The notes: generated by a model not told the origin, from the letters alone. DNA of 64,000 nt from Vicinamibacterales bacterium (GCA_046594875.1 JBKJQX010000224.1:54172-118171), one strand, 5' to 3'. Shown: positions 37,640-47,530, counted from the first letter of the stretch. Numbers and translations are program-made.

Positions 37640-38364
37640 TGGTTTCCACCTCGCGTGACCCGGCGCGCATTGCCGGGATGTTTGACCGGATTGCGATCCG
37701 CTACGACACGCTCAATCGGCTGATCAGCCTCGGCATGGACAAGGGTTGGCGCGCGCGTGGAGTGCGCGAACTCAAACTCACAGGCACCGAACGTGTGCTC
37801 GATATGTGCACGGGCACCGCCGACTTCGCGGTGGAGGCCGCGACCTCGACGACGAGTCGCGCACGGCAGGTCATCGGCATCGACTTCGCCGGCGAGATGC
37901 TTCGTATCGGTCTTGCCAAGATCCACAAGGCCGGCCTCGCCGATCGCATCCATCTGGTGCGGGGTGACGCCACGAATGTCCCGCTCCCCGATGCCAGCGT
38001 TGACGCAGCCATGGTGGGGTTTGGTATCCGGAACGTGGTCGATCGCGAGCGGGCGTTACGCGAGTTTGCCCGTGTGCTCACGCCCGGCGGGCGGCTGGCG
38101 GTGCTTGAACCGGGCGCGCCGCGTATTCCCGGCGTGAGAACCCTCCACCTCTGGTATCTCCGGTATCTCCTGCCGTTTGTCGGCCGCCTGCTCTCACGGC
38201 ATGGCGAGGCATACTCCTACCTCCCCGCCTCGGTGGAGCAGTTCCCCACGCCAGAGGCCTTTGCCACGCTGTTGAAAGACAACGGCTTTGCCTCTGTTCG
38301 CACCGTCCCTTTGACCTTCGGCATCGTCTACCTCTATGTAGCGACGAAGGGGCAGGGCGTTTAG
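37639..38364 (+). CDS. ubiE: Demethylmenaquinone/ubiquinone C-methyltransferase (UbiE/MenG)
   Basis: MFDRIAIRYDTLNRLISLGMDKGWR, the SAM motif VLDMCTGTAD, and YSYL..S...FP. Confidence 0.9.
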   Translation: MVSTSRDPARIAGMFDRIAIRYDTLNRLISLGMDKGWRARGVRELKLTGTERVLDMCTGTADFAVEAATSTTSRARQVIGIDFAGEMLRIGLAKIHKAGLADRIHLVRGDATNVPLPDASVDAAMVGFGIRNVVDRERALREFARVLTPGGRLAVLEPGAPRIPGVRTLHLWYLRYLLPFVGRLLSRHGEAYSYLPASVEQFPTPEAFATLLKDNGFASVRTVPLTFGIVYLYVATKGQGV

Positions 38365-39234
38365 ATGTATCTGGATTTCGAAGACCACCGGCCGGACACG
38401 CCCCATTTGCCGGCGGCCTTCAGCCGGCTGGAGCGGCTGCTGCTCACCACGGTGGCCTATCTCGTGCTGGTCATTGCCTACCTCGTGATGCCGGCCTCCT
38501 GGTTCGCGCCGAACGAACTGGTCAACATGACACCGGTTCCGCCAAAAGACGATGTGACGTTTGTGATGATGGAGCCGCTGCGGGATATGCCGGCGCCTCC
38601 GAAGGTGACGGCCGAAGCATCAGATATCGATCGGCAGGCCGCGACGCGCGACAAGGCGCCCGTGCCCGCCAACCCAGAGCCGTTCTCGCGGGGCAATACG
38701 CCAGAGAAAGTCGAAGGCGCGCCGCCGGTGGAGCCGCCCAGGGGCGCCAATGGCAGCGAGGCAAGCGCCCCACCGCCGCCCGATGCGCCCGTGGTATTGC
38801 CGCCGACTGAGACCGTTGCGCGCACGCCTGGCGAGGGGCTCGCGAACTCGCTGCGCAACCTGCAGAAGTACCTGCGCAACGACAATTTCTCGAATGAAAA
38901 CGGCGGGCAGACCCAGCAGGACGCGCAGATCAGCTTCGATTCGAAGGGTGTGGACTTCGGATGGTGGCTGCGGCGGTTCGTGGCCCAGGTCAAAGGCAAC
39001 TGGTTCATCCCGCAGGCCGCGATGGTGCTCAAAGGGAAAGTTGTCGTGACACTGATGATCCACCGCAATGGCACTATCTCGGATGTGACGTTGATTGAGT
39101 CGTCCGGCCACACGTCGCTCGACGTCTCCGCCGTCAACGCCTTGCGCGGGTCGAACCCCACCGTCGCCCTCCCGGCCGAGTACCCTGAAGACAAAGTGCT
39201 CTTCACGGTGACCTTCTTCTACAACACGCGCTGA
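38365..39234 (+). CDS. TonB-family energy transducer
   Basis: N-terminal TM helix, a long Pro-rich spacer and a TonB C-terminal domain (GKVVVTLMIHRNGTISDVTLIESSGHTSLDVSAVNALR). Confidence 0.8.
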   Translation: MYLDFEDHRPDTPHLPAAFSRLERLLLTTVAYLVLVIAYLVMPASWFAPNELVNMTPVPPKDDVTFVMMEPLRDMPAPPKVTAEASDIDRQAATRDKAPVPANPEPFSRGNTPEKVEGAPPVEPPRGANGSEASAPPPPDAPVVLPPTETVARTPGEGLANSLRNLQKYLRNDNFSNENGGQTQQDAQISFDSKGVDFGWWLRRFVAQVKGNWFIPQAAMVLKGKVVVTLMIHRNGTISDVTLIESSGHTSLDVSAVNALRGSNPTVALPAEYPEDKVLFTVTFFYNTR

Positions 39235-39243
39235 CACAGGTCG

Positions 39244-40215
39244 ATGACGAGCACGCTGGACCCTGGACCCTGGACCCTGGACCCTGGACCGATGAAGCTC
39301 GTTGCTGTTGTTGGCCCGACCGCCACCGGCAAGACGGCCCTGGGTGTGGCGCTGGCCGAGGCGATCGACGGCGAGATTGTCTCGTGTGATTCGACGGCTG
39401 TCTACCGGGGCATCGACATCGGCACCGACAAGCCGACAACCCGGGAACAGCGGGGCATTCCGCACCATCTGATTGACGTCGTCAACCCCACCGAGACCTA
39501 TTCGGCCGCGCGGTATGCGATTGATGCGGCTGCGGCCGTGCGCGACATCCGGGCGCGCGGACGCTGGCCCATTCTGGTGGGGGGCACCGGGTTCTATTAC
39601 CGCGCCCTGGTGCGCGGCCTGTTTCCAGGCCCACCCCGCCACGACGAACTGCGGGGGCGCCTCACGCGCGTGGCCGAACGTCGCGGTGTGGAGTCGCTCC
39701 ACCGATGGCTGGGCCGCGTTGATCCAGAGTCGGCGCTGCGGATCCAACCGCGCGATCGGATGCGCCTGATTCGCGCTCTGGAGGTCTACCTCCTGACGGG
39801 ACAGCCCCTCACCGCGCACTTCGCCGCGACACAGTCCGCGTTGCCGGGGTACGACGTGCTCACGCTCGGCGTCGTCGACCCCCGGCCCGACCTGGAGCGA
39901 CGCGTGGCCGCGCGCGTCGATGCGCAGTTCGGCCGAGGGGTGGTGGCCGAGGTTGAGCGCCTGATCGAATCCGGCGTGCCCGAATCTGCCCACGCGTTCA
40001 GCGGCCTGGTGTACCGGCAGCTCATCGAGATGCGGCAGGGTCTGCGCGACGAAGCCGCCACACGGGCGCTCATCGTGCGCGAAAACCTGCACTACGCCCG
40101 GCGGCAGTTGATGTGGTTCAAGAAGGAACCTGGCGTACGATGGTTGCCAGGCCCGGGCACCGACCCGGCGGTGCAGGCCGCCGCGCTCGCCCAGGTTCGG
40201 GCCTTCATCGCATGA
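39244..40215 (+). CDS. miaA: tRNA dimethylallyltransferase MiaA
   Basis: P-loop GPTATGKT, DSTAVYRGIDIGT.KP and PHHLID. The start is either ATG 39244 (translates the heptamer array as [12 protein letters not shown]) or ATG 39292 (MKLVAVVGPTATGKT). Confidence 0.92.
   Translation: MTSTLDPGPWTLDPGPMKLVAVVGPTATGKTALGVALAEAIDGEIVSCDSTAVYRGIDIGTDKPTTREQRGIPHHLIDVVNPTETYSAARYAIDAAAAVRDIRARGRWPILVGGTGFYYRALVRGLFPGPPRHDELRGRLTRVAERRGVESLHRWLGRVDPESALRIQPRDRMRLIRALEVYLLTGQPLTAHFAATQSALPGYDVLTLGVVDPRPDLERRVAARVDAQFGRGVVAEVERLIESGVPESAHAFSGLVYRQLIEMRQGLRDEAATRALIVRENLHYARRQLMWFKKEPGVRWLPGPGTDPAVQAAALAQVRAFIA
39256..39290. repeat. Tandem heptamer array (CTGGACC)x5, perfect; inverse orientation of the GGGTCCA family
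   Basis: Read directly. It ends 1 nt before the ATG at 39292 and lies inside the ORF if the ATG at 39244 is used. Confidence 0.97.
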
Positions 40216-41390
40216 TCACTCGCGTCATCCTCATCGTCATGGACTCGGTCGGTTGCGGCGACTTGCCCGACGCCGACCAGTACGGGGACCAGGGCAGCGA
40301 CACGCTGGGGCATATCGCTGACGCGGTGCCCTTGCGTGTGCCTACCCTGCGGTCTCTTGGACTGGGTCGAGTGGCACGCATCGGCGGGAGCACCCCAGCG
40401 CCAATGGGCGCGGCGGGACGGATGGCCGAGGCGTCGCCCGGAAAAGACTCCGTCACTGGCCACTGGGAGCTGATGGGCATCGTGCTCGCTCGTCCGTTTC
40501 CCACGTTTCCCCAAGGGTTCTCAAAGGAGATCATCGCCGAGTTCGAGCGGCGAATCGGCCGCACCTCCATCGGCAACGTGGTGGCGTCGGGCACCGAGAT
40601 CATCGACGCCCTGGGGCCCGAGCACATGCGAACAGGCGCGCCGATCGTTTACACGTCGGCCGACAGCGTCTTCCAGATCGCGGCGCACGAACGCATCGTG
40701 CCGATCGACGAACTGTATCGATACTGCGATGAAGCGTTTGACCTCGTGGGGCGGGGCATGGGCGTGGGTCGCGTCATTGCCAGGCCATTCGAGGGCGAGC
40801 CCGGCGGTTTCGAGCGCACGTCGAACCGGCGCGACTACGCGCTGGATCCGTTTGAAGACACCCTGCTGGATCGCCTGTCCACCGCCGGCCAACCGGTGGT
40901 CGGCGTGGGCAAGATCGAAGACTTGTTTGCGGGCCGTGGCCTCACGCGGGCGATTCACACACAGTCGGATGACCACGGCATGGACGTGGTGTTGCAGGAG
41001 ATCGCGACCACGGATCGCGGCCTGATCTTCGTCAATCTTGTGGACTTCGACACGAAGTACGGGCACCGGAACGACGTGCGCGGGTATGCGGACAACCTGG
41101 AGCGCTTCGACGCGCGCCTGGCGCAGCTTCTGCCACAGCTTTCAGCCACCGACCTTCTTATCGTGACCGCCGACCACGGCAACGACCCGGCCACCCCGTC
41201 CACGGATCACTCGCGCGAATATGTGCCGCTGCTCGTGGCGGGCGCATCGGTGAAGGCCGGCGTGGACCTGGGCACGCGCACCACATTCGCTGACGTCGGC
41301 CAGACGCTGGCGGAAATTTTCGGGTTGGCGCCCATGGACGCTGGCACGAGTTTTCTTGGCGAAATGCGGCGCTTGTCTTCTGTAAGATGA
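40212..41390 (+). CDS. deoB: Phosphopentomutase
   Basis: VILIVMDSVGCGDLPDA..YGD.GSDTLGHI, ADHGNDP. ATGA overlap with the miaA stop. Confidence 0.92.
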   Translation: MITRVILIVMDSVGCGDLPDADQYGDQGSDTLGHIADAVPLRVPTLRSLGLGRVARIGGSTPAPMGAAGRMAEASPGKDSVTGHWELMGIVLARPFPTFPQGFSKEIIAEFERRIGRTSIGNVVASGTEIIDALGPEHMRTGAPIVYTSADSVFQIAAHERIVPIDELYRYCDEAFDLVGRGMGVGRVIARPFEGEPGGFERTSNRRDYALDPFEDTLLDRLSTAGQPVVGVGKIEDLFAGRGLTRAIHTQSDDHGMDVVLQEIATTDRGLIFVNLVDFDTKYGHRNDVRGYADNLERFDARLAQLLPQLSATDLLIVTADHGNDPATPSTDHSREYVPLLVAGASVKAGVDLGTRTTFADVGQTLAEIFGLAPMDAGTSFLGEMRRLSSVR

Positions 41391-42436
41391 CCATTCCCAT
41401 GTCCACCATTCGCGAACAACTGGAAGCTCTGGAAGATGAAATGCTGGCGCCGCAGGCGGCGCGGAGCCGCGCCAGCAGGGGCCGGCTCCGTCCGGAGGCG
41501 CCTGATCCGATTCGGCCCAACTTCCAGCGCGACCGGGATCGGGTGATTCACTCCAAGGCATTCCGCCGTCTCAAGCACAAGACTCAGGTCTTCTTCGCGC
41601 CAGAAGGCGACCACTACCGCACGCGGCTGACCCACACGCTGGAGGTCTCGCAGATCGCGCGCAGCATCGCCAAGGTCCTGCGCCTGAATGAAGAACTGAC
41701 CGAAGCCATCGCGCTTGGTCACGACCTGGGCCATCCGCCGTTTGGCCACGCCGGCGAACGCGTGATCGACAAACTCGTGCCGGGTGGCTTCAGCCATCAC
41801 GAGCAAAGCCTGCGAATCGTTGACGTGCTCGAGAACGACCGGCAGGGACTCAACCTGTCGTGGGAAGTTCGCGACGGCATTGCCCGGCACTCGAAGGGCA
41901 AACACGGGCTGCCCGTCGGCGCGCCACCCGAGCACCGCGCCAGCACCATCGAAGGACAGATCGCGCGCGTGGCGGACATCATCGCGTACGTTAACCACGA
42001 TATTGACGATGCCGTGCGTGCGGGTGTGCTCGATACACGCGATCTGCCGCAGTCGGCGGTGGCGGTGCTGGGCAGCAGTTCGTCGCAGCGCATCAACTCC
42101 ATGGTGACCGACGTGGTGACCGAGACGCTCGGTGGTGCCCTCACGGAAATTCGGATGAGCGACCTCGTCCTGCAGGCCACGCTGGAACTGCGCGAGTTCC
42201 TGTTCCGGGCCGTCTACGAGAACCCTCGAGCGATGGCCGAGTTCGACAAGGCGGCCGGACTGCTTGGCGGCCTGTGGGACAAGCTCCGGCAGAAGCCCGA
42301 TCAGTTTCTCGACAAAGCCACAATTGACTCAGAGGGCCTGGACGCGGCCGCCCGCGACTTCCTCGCCGGCATGACCGATCGCTACGCCGTCGCGCTCTTC
42401 GAGGATTTGTTCGTGCCGCGTTCCTGGGGCGTCTGA
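41387..42436 (+). CDS. dGTP triphosphohydrolase-like HD-domain protein
   Basis: FQRDRDRVIHS.AFRRL..KTQV, RLTHTLEV, HDLGHPPFGH. Confidence 0.9.
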   Translation: MTIPMSTIREQLEALEDEMLAPQAARSRASRGRLRPEAPDPIRPNFQRDRDRVIHSKAFRRLKHKTQVFFAPEGDHYRTRLTHTLEVSQIARSIAKVLRLNEELTEAIALGHDLGHPPFGHAGERVIDKLVPGGFSHHEQSLRIVDVLENDRQGLNLSWEVRDGIARHSKGKHGLPVGAPPEHRASTIEGQIARVADIIAYVNHDIDDAVRAGVLDTRDLPQSAVAVLGSSSSQRINSMVTDVVTETLGGALTEIRMSDLVLQATLELREFLFRAVYENPRAMAEFDKAAGLLGGLWDKLRQKPDQFLDKATIDSEGLDAAARDFLAGMTDRYAVALFEDLFVPRSWGV

Positions 42437-42495
42437 CGCCGCCGCCGGGCTTTTGGGCTGGGCGCCTCCGACCCTGGAGCGTCCAAAAGGTCCCG

Positions 42496-42504
42496 TGGTA
42501 GAAT
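42496..42504 (+). promoter_or_regulatory. Candidate extended -10 promoter (TGgTAGAAT) for the yceD-rpmF-plsX operon
   Basis: TGGTAGAAT sits 40 nt upstream of the yceD-like ATG and is followed by the hairpin CTACCGGCC-TGG-GCCGGTAG. Confidence 0.35.
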
Positions 42505-42544
42505 CTGGGTTTGCACTACCGGCCTGGGCCGGTAGAGGGAAGTC

Positions 42545-43147
42545 ATGCTGCTCGATATCAGCCGGCTGCGGACCGTGGTGGTGGACGTCAACCGTCGTGT
42601 TGAGCCCGAGGCGTTTGCCGACCTGACGGACGATTTCAAGGTGATCGGCCCCACGGAAATTGCGGGGACGGTCCGGCGCGAGAAGGGCACCCACGTGGTG
42701 CTGCACTCGCGGGTGACGTCGGCCATGGAGGTGACGTGCAGTCGGTGCCTGGAGCCGTATGTGGTTCCGGTCAGCGCCGACGTCGAAACGCGTTTTGTGC
42801 CTCCGGCGGAGTTTGCGAAGGTGACGGCTGAAACGGCCGCGAAAGCGGGGTTGTTGACCGCCGGCGCCGTGGCAGTCGATGACGACGAAGACGTTGAACC
42901 CGTTGCCGAGGGGCACGTGGTGGGGTTGGCGGAATATCGCGACGAGGCGATTGACCTGGGCGAAGTGATTCGCGAACAGTTGTACCTCGCGCTGCCGATG
43001 AAGCCCTTGTGCCAGGAGTCGTGCAAGGGTTTGTGTCCGGTGTGTGGCGCGAATCGGAATCGCGAGACGTGCCATTGCCAGCAACAGTGGGCAGATCCAC
43101 GCATGGCCGCGCTAGCCGAGTGGAAAAGCCGTAACGAGAAGACCTGA
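42545..43147 (+). CDS. YceD/DUF177 family protein (23S rRNA accumulation protein)
   Basis: C-terminal CQESCKGLCPVCGANRNRETCHC motif. Located immediately upstream of rpmF, as in many bacteria. Confidence 0.85.
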   Translation: MLLDISRLRTVVVDVNRRVEPEAFADLTDDFKVIGPTEIAGTVRREKGTHVVLHSRVTSAMEVTCSRCLEPYVVPVSADVETRFVPPAEFAKVTAETAAKAGLLTAGAVAVDDDEDVEPVAEGHVVGLAEYRDEAIDLGEVIREQLYLALPMKPLCQESCKGLCPVCGANRNRETCHCQQQWADPRMAALAEWKSRNEKT

Positions 43148-43159
43148 GGGGTAGAGACC

Positions 43160-43342
43160 GTGCCGAATCCAAAACGCCGCCATTCCAAATCACGCACTTC
43201 CAAGCGTCGTACGCATGACACGTTGGTCACGGTGCAGTCCGCGCGCTGTCCGCAGTGCCAGGAAATGAAACTGCCGCACCAGGTGTGCAAGAACTGCGGC
43301 TTCTATAACGGCCGTCAGGTTCGCGCTGTCAAGGAAGATTAG
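43160..43342 (+). CDS. rpmF: 50S ribosomal protein L32
   Basis: VPNPKRRHSKSRTSKRRTH...CPQC....PH.VC..CG.Y. Confidence 0.95.
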   Translation: MPNPKRRHSKSRTSKRRTHDTLVTVQSARCPQCQEMKLPHQVCKNCGFYNGRQVRAVKED

Positions 43343-43367
43343 CCCCGAGAGCCTCCAGGCCCGTCGC

Positions 43368-44372
43368 GTGACTGGTCCGAGAATCGCGGTGGATGCCATG
43401 GGGGGCGATTTCGCCCCCCGCGAGGTCATCGCCGGAGCCGTCGTGGCGGCGCGCGATACCGGCGTGTCGGTGATCCTGGTTGGCCCGGCCAGCCAGGTGT
43501 CGGCGGAGGCCCACCGCGTCGCCGGGGGCCGCCTTCCCGACTCTTTGTCCATCTTCGACACCCCAGACTTCATCGCGATGGACGCCGCGCCGCGTGAGGC
43601 GCTCAGGCGGATGCCCCGGGCGTCGGTCAAAGTGGCAGCCGAGATGGTCTCGCGCGGGGAGGCAGACGGCTTTTACAGCCTGGGGCACACCGGGGCGACC
43701 GTGCTGGCCGCGCACGCCGCGTTCGGGATGCTGGAAGGGGCCGAGCGGCCCGCCATTGCGGTGTTGGTGCCGACGCTGGCCGGGTCGGCCGTGTTGCTGG
43801 ACACCGGCGCCACGCTCGATTGCCGGCCCGTCCACCTGCGGTCGTTTGGCGTGATGGGCGCGGCGTATTCGACGATTGCGCTCGGTATCGAGCGGCCCCG
43901 GGTTGGGCTGCTGTCGGTGGGCGAAGAGGCAGGCAAGGGGACCGAATTGGTGCGCGAGGCGCACGGGTTGCTGGCCGCCTCGGGTTTGAACTTTGTCGGC
44001 AATCTCGAGGCTCGTGATTTTTTCAGTGGGCGGGCAGACGTGATTGTGTGTGACGGATTCACCGGCAACGTGGCCCTGAAGGTGGGTGAGGGCCTGGTGG
44101 ACGCGATGGAAGTGCTGCTGAAGAAGGAACTCGCCAAGTCCCTGGCGGCGCGTCTGGGCGGCCGGCTCGCGAAGGCGGCCTTTCTGCGCGTCCGTGATCG
44201 CGCGGATTCGGCGGAGTACGGTGGCGCGCCCCTGCTGGGGCTCAGGGGGCTCGCGCTGGTGGGGCATGGACGCTCCGACGCCCGCGCGGTGCGCAACGGC
44301 ATTGCGACCGCGGCGCGATTGGTTGAGGGGCAGCTGGTGCTGCGGTTGCGCAACGCGCTGGCATGTCCATGA
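43368..44372 (+). CDS. plsX: Phosphate acyltransferase PlsX
   Basis: IAVDAMGGD.AP N-terminus, GFTGNV.LK, rpmF-plsX synteny. Confidence 0.93.
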   Translation: MTGPRIAVDAMGGDFAPREVIAGAVVAARDTGVSVILVGPASQVSAEAHRVAGGRLPDSLSIFDTPDFIAMDAAPREALRRMPRASVKVAAEMVSRGEADGFYSLGHTGATVLAAHAAFGMLEGAERPAIAVLVPTLAGSAVLLDTGATLDCRPVHLRSFGVMGAAYSTIALGIERPRVGLLSVGEEAGKGTELVREAHGLLAASGLNFVGNLEARDFFSGRADVIVCDGFTGNVALKVGEGLVDAMEVLLKKELAKSLAARLGGRLAKAAFLRVRDRADSAEYGGAPLLGLRGLALVGHGRSDARAVRNGIATAARLVEGQLVLRLRNALACP

Positions 44373-44420
44373 GCGCATTGCGCGACCCTGCGTACGTGTG
44401 GTGAAGTAGGCGATGCTGTC

Positions 44421-45161
44421 ATGTTGATGTTGACGGGCCGTGTGGCCCTGGTGACCGGGGCGTCACGCGGAATCGGAAAGGCCATCGCGCTGTCGCTCGC
44501 ATCGGGCGGTGCCACGGTCATCGCGGCCGCGCGCGGCACCAACGCCCAGGCCACCGTGGACGCCATCGTGGCCTCCGGGGGCGCGGCAGAACTGGCATCC
44601 CTCGACGTGACCGACCCCGCCAGCGTGGAACTGGTCACCAGGGACGTGCTCGCGCGGCACGGCCGCATCGACATCCTGGTCAACAATGCCGGTGTCACCC
44701 GTGATCAGTTGCTGCTGCGGATGAAGCGGGACGACTGGGACGCGGTCATTGGGGCGAACCTGACAGGCGCATTTACCTGTGTGCAGGCGGTGCTCAAGGC
44801 GATGGTCAAGGCCCGCCACGGCCGCATCATCAGCATCACGTCGGTGGTGGGTGAAGCGGGCAACGCCGGGCAGGCGAACTATGCGGCGTCCAAGGCCGGG
44901 CTGATTGGGTTGACGAAGGCGCTGGCCCAGGAAGTGGCGTCGCGCGGCATCACCGTGAACGCGGTGGCGCCCGGCATGATCGACACCGACATGACGAAGG
45001 CGATTTCCGAGGGCGCGCATGAAGAGTGGGCGAAGAAAATTCCCCTGCAGCGTCTGGGGACGCCCGAGGACATTGCGGCCGCCGTCCGCTTTCTGGCATC
45101 GGACGAGGCAGCGTATATTACGGGACACGTACTCGCCGTCAACGGCGGGATGCGCATGTAA
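44421..45161 (+). CDS. fabG: 3-oxoacyl-ACP reductase FabG
   Basis: SDR motifs TGASRGIGKAI, NNAG and YAASKAG. Located next to acpP. Confidence 0.93.
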   Translation: MLMLTGRVALVTGASRGIGKAIALSLASGGATVIAAARGTNAQATVDAIVASGGAAELASLDVTDPASVELVTRDVLARHGRIDILVNNAGVTRDQLLLRMKRDDWDAVIGANLTGAFTCVQAVLKAMVKARHGRIISITSVVGEAGNAGQANYAASKAGLIGLTKALAQEVASRGITVNAVAPGMIDTDMTKAISEGAHEEWAKKIPLQRLGTPEDIAAAVRFLASDEAAYITGHVLAVNGGMRM

Positions 45162-45204
45162 GATGGCGTCGGACGCGAGGTGCGTCACGACACGAGGAGG
45201 ATGA

Positions 45205-45444
45205 ATGGCCGTTGCAGATCAGGTGAAGAAGATCATTGTGGAACAGCTGGGCGTGGATGAGGACGAAGTGACGTCCGATGCGTCGTTTGTGGACGACCTC
45301 GGCGCGGATTCCCTCGACACCGTCGAGTTGGTCATGGCCTTCGAAGAGGAGTTCAGCATCGAAATTCCCGACGAGGATGCCGAAAAAATCACGCGCGTCA
45401 AGGACGCCGTGAGCTACATCGAAACGCACACGAAGAAGAAGTAG
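45205..45444 (+). CDS. acpP: Acyl carrier protein
   Basis: 79 aa with the [20 protein letters not shown] phosphopantetheine-site motif. Confidence 0.97.
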   Translation: MAVADQVKKIIVEQLGVDEDEVTSDASFVDDLGADSLDTVELVMAFEEEFSIEIPDEDAEKITRVKDAVSYIETHTKKK

Positions 45445-45464
45445 CCATCGGCACGTCTCACCCT

Positions 45465-45486
45465 GGCGCAGCCCGTTCGGCTGCGC
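45465..45486 (+). other. Stem-loop downstream of acpP (attenuator/terminator-like, no U-tract)
   Basis: GGCGCAGCC-CGTTC-GGCTGCGC, with 8 bp paired. Confidence 0.4.
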
Positions 45487-45513
45487 TGTGTGTCAGTGCC
45501 TATGGGAGGAAAC

Positions 45514-46758
45514 GTGACGAGACGAGTAGTCATCACCGGCGTCGGCCTGATTTCGTCCGTGGGAATCGGGAACGATGCAAACTGGGAGGCGATGTGCGCC
45601 GGCCGGGGCGGGATTGGTCCGATCACCCGCTTTGACGCCACAGGATATTCCGTGCGCATTGGCGGCGAAGTCAAAGGGTTCGACCCGTTGAACTTCGTCG
45701 AAAAAAAAGAGGTCAAGAAAATTGACGTCTTCATCCAGTTCGCGATCGCGGCCTCCCAGTTTGCGGTCGACGATGCGAAGCTGCAGATCACGCCGGAGAT
45801 TGCCGACCAGACCGGGGTGTTCATCGCGTCGGGCATCGGCGGCTTCAGCACGATTCAGTCCGAGCATCTCGAACTGGTCAACGGCGGGCCCCGCCGGGTC
45901 TCGCCGTTCTTCATTCCGGCTTCCATCATCAATCTCGCCGCCGGGCACGTCTCGATCCGATTCGGGGCAAAAGGTCCGAACCTGGCCACGTGCACGGCAT
46001 GCACGGCGTCGGCACACTCGATCGGTGAGTCGTTCGAGATTATTCGACGTGGGGACGCCGACATCATGATCGCGGGCGGGTCCGAGGCCGCCATCACGCC
46101 CCTGAGCGTGGCCGGTTTCGCCTCGATGCGCGCCCTCTCCACCCGCAACGACGAGCCGGACAAGGCCTGCCGGCCCTTCGACAAGGACCGCGACGGCTTC
46201 ATCATCGGGGAAGGCGCCGGTATCCTCATCCTCGAGGAACTCGAGACCGCCAAACGTCGCGGCGCGAACATTTACTGCGAGTTGGCCGGGTACGGCCTGT
46301 CGTCGGATGCCTTTCACCTGACCGGCCAGCCGCCAGATGCGGATGGCGCCGTGCGGTCGATGAAGATGGCCATCCGCAAGGCAGGTATCCGCCCCGAACA
46401 GGTGGATTACATCAACGCCCACGGCACCTCGACGCCGATCAACGACCCCACCGAGACACTCGCCGTGAAGCGCACGTTCGGCGAGCACGCCTACAAGCTG
46501 GCGATCTCGTCCACCAAGTCCATGACCGGGCACCTGCTGGGCGCTGCGGGCGGACTGGAGGCGGGCATCACGGCGCTCGCGATCAAACACCAGATTGCGC
46601 CGCCGACGGCAAACCTCGATTCGCCAGACCCGGCCTGTGACCTTGACTACATACCCTTCAAGGCCCGGCCCATGACCATCAATTACGCGTTGTCGAATTC
46701 GTTCGGGTTCGGCGGCACCAACGGCACACTCCTGCTCAAGCGGTACGAAGGCGACTGA
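45514..46758 (+). CDS. fabF: 3-oxoacyl-ACP synthase II FabF
   Basis: RRVVITGVGLISS, active-site ATCTACTASAHSIG, HGTSTP, GFGGTN. GTG at 45514 follows GGGAGGA. Confidence 0.95.
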   Translation: MTRRVVITGVGLISSVGIGNDANWEAMCAGRGGIGPITRFDATGYSVRIGGEVKGFDPLNFVEKKEVKKIDVFIQFAIAASQFAVDDAKLQITPEIADQTGVFIASGIGGFSTIQSEHLELVNGGPRRVSPFFIPASIINLAAGHVSIRFGAKGPNLATCTACTASAHSIGESFEIIRRGDADIMIAGGSEAAITPLSVAGFASMRALSTRNDEPDKACRPFDKDRDGFIIGEGAGILILEELETAKRRGANIYCELAGYGLSSDAFHLTGQPPDADGAVRSMKMAIRKAGIRPEQVDYINAHGTSTPINDPTETLAVKRTFGEHAYKLAISSTKSMTGHLLGAAGGLEAGITALAIKHQIAPPTANLDSPDPACDLDYIPFKARPMTINYALSNSFGFGGTNGTLLLKRYEGD

Positions 46759-46763
46759 CACAC

Positions 46764-47525
46764 ATGAAAATCGCCGTCTGTATCAAGCAAGTGGTGTCGC
46801 GTGAGTGGCAGGTCCGCATCAACGATCAAAAGACGTGGGTGCGCGATCAGGACGCTGCCTGGGAACTCAATGAGCCCGACGCGTACGCGCTGGAGGAGGC
46901 CCTGCGCCTCAAGGAAAAGCACGGCGGCGAAGTGGTCGTGATTTCCGCAGGGCCCGCTCGCGTGACACAGGTTATCCGCGAGGCGCTGGCCCGCGGCGCC
47001 GACCGCGCGATCCACGTTGAGGGTGACCATCTGGCGGTGGCCGACGCCTTCACCGCGGCCGAAGCCCTGGCTGAGGCAGCCAGGACTGAACAGTGTGATC
47101 TGATCCTCACCGGCCTGCAGTCCGACGACCAGGGCTTCGCGCAGGTGGGTGTCATCATGGCCGAACGACTCGGCATGTCGCACTCCACGATCATCATGGA
47201 AGTGCAGGTGGCCGGCACCACCCTGCGCGTGAAGCGTGAGCTCGAAGGCGGCTGGTTCCAGTGGATGGAGATGCCACTGCCCGCGGTGCTGACGATTCAG
47301 AGCGGCATCAATCAGCTGCGGTACGCCACGCTGAAGGGCATCATGGCGGCGAAGAAGAAAGAGCTCAAAACCATGCCTGCGCCGGCGGCGTCGCCCGCGC
47401 GCCAACGCATCGTCTCGATCTATGTGCCCGAAAAGACCAAGGCCACCCGCCTGATCGACGGCACGCCGGCCGAGGCCGCGGCCGAACTCGTGCGCGTGCT
47501 GCGCGACGACGCCCGAGTGTTTTGA
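46764..47525 (+). CDS. etfB: Electron transfer flavoprotein beta subunit
   Basis: MKIAVCIKQV..., LILTG.QS.D and RYATLKGIMAAKKK. Confidence 0.92.
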   Translation: MKIAVCIKQVVSREWQVRINDQKTWVRDQDAAWELNEPDAYALEEALRLKEKHGGEVVVISAGPARVTQVIREALARGADRAIHVEGDHLAVADAFTAAEALAEAARTEQCDLILTGLQSDDQGFAQVGVIMAERLGMSHSTIIMEVQVAGTTLRVKRELEGGWFQWMEMPLPAVLTIQSGINQLRYATLKGIMAAKKKELKTMPAPAASPARQRIVSIYVPEKTKATRLIDGTPAEAAAELVRVLRDDARVF

Positions 47526-47530
47526 TTTGT

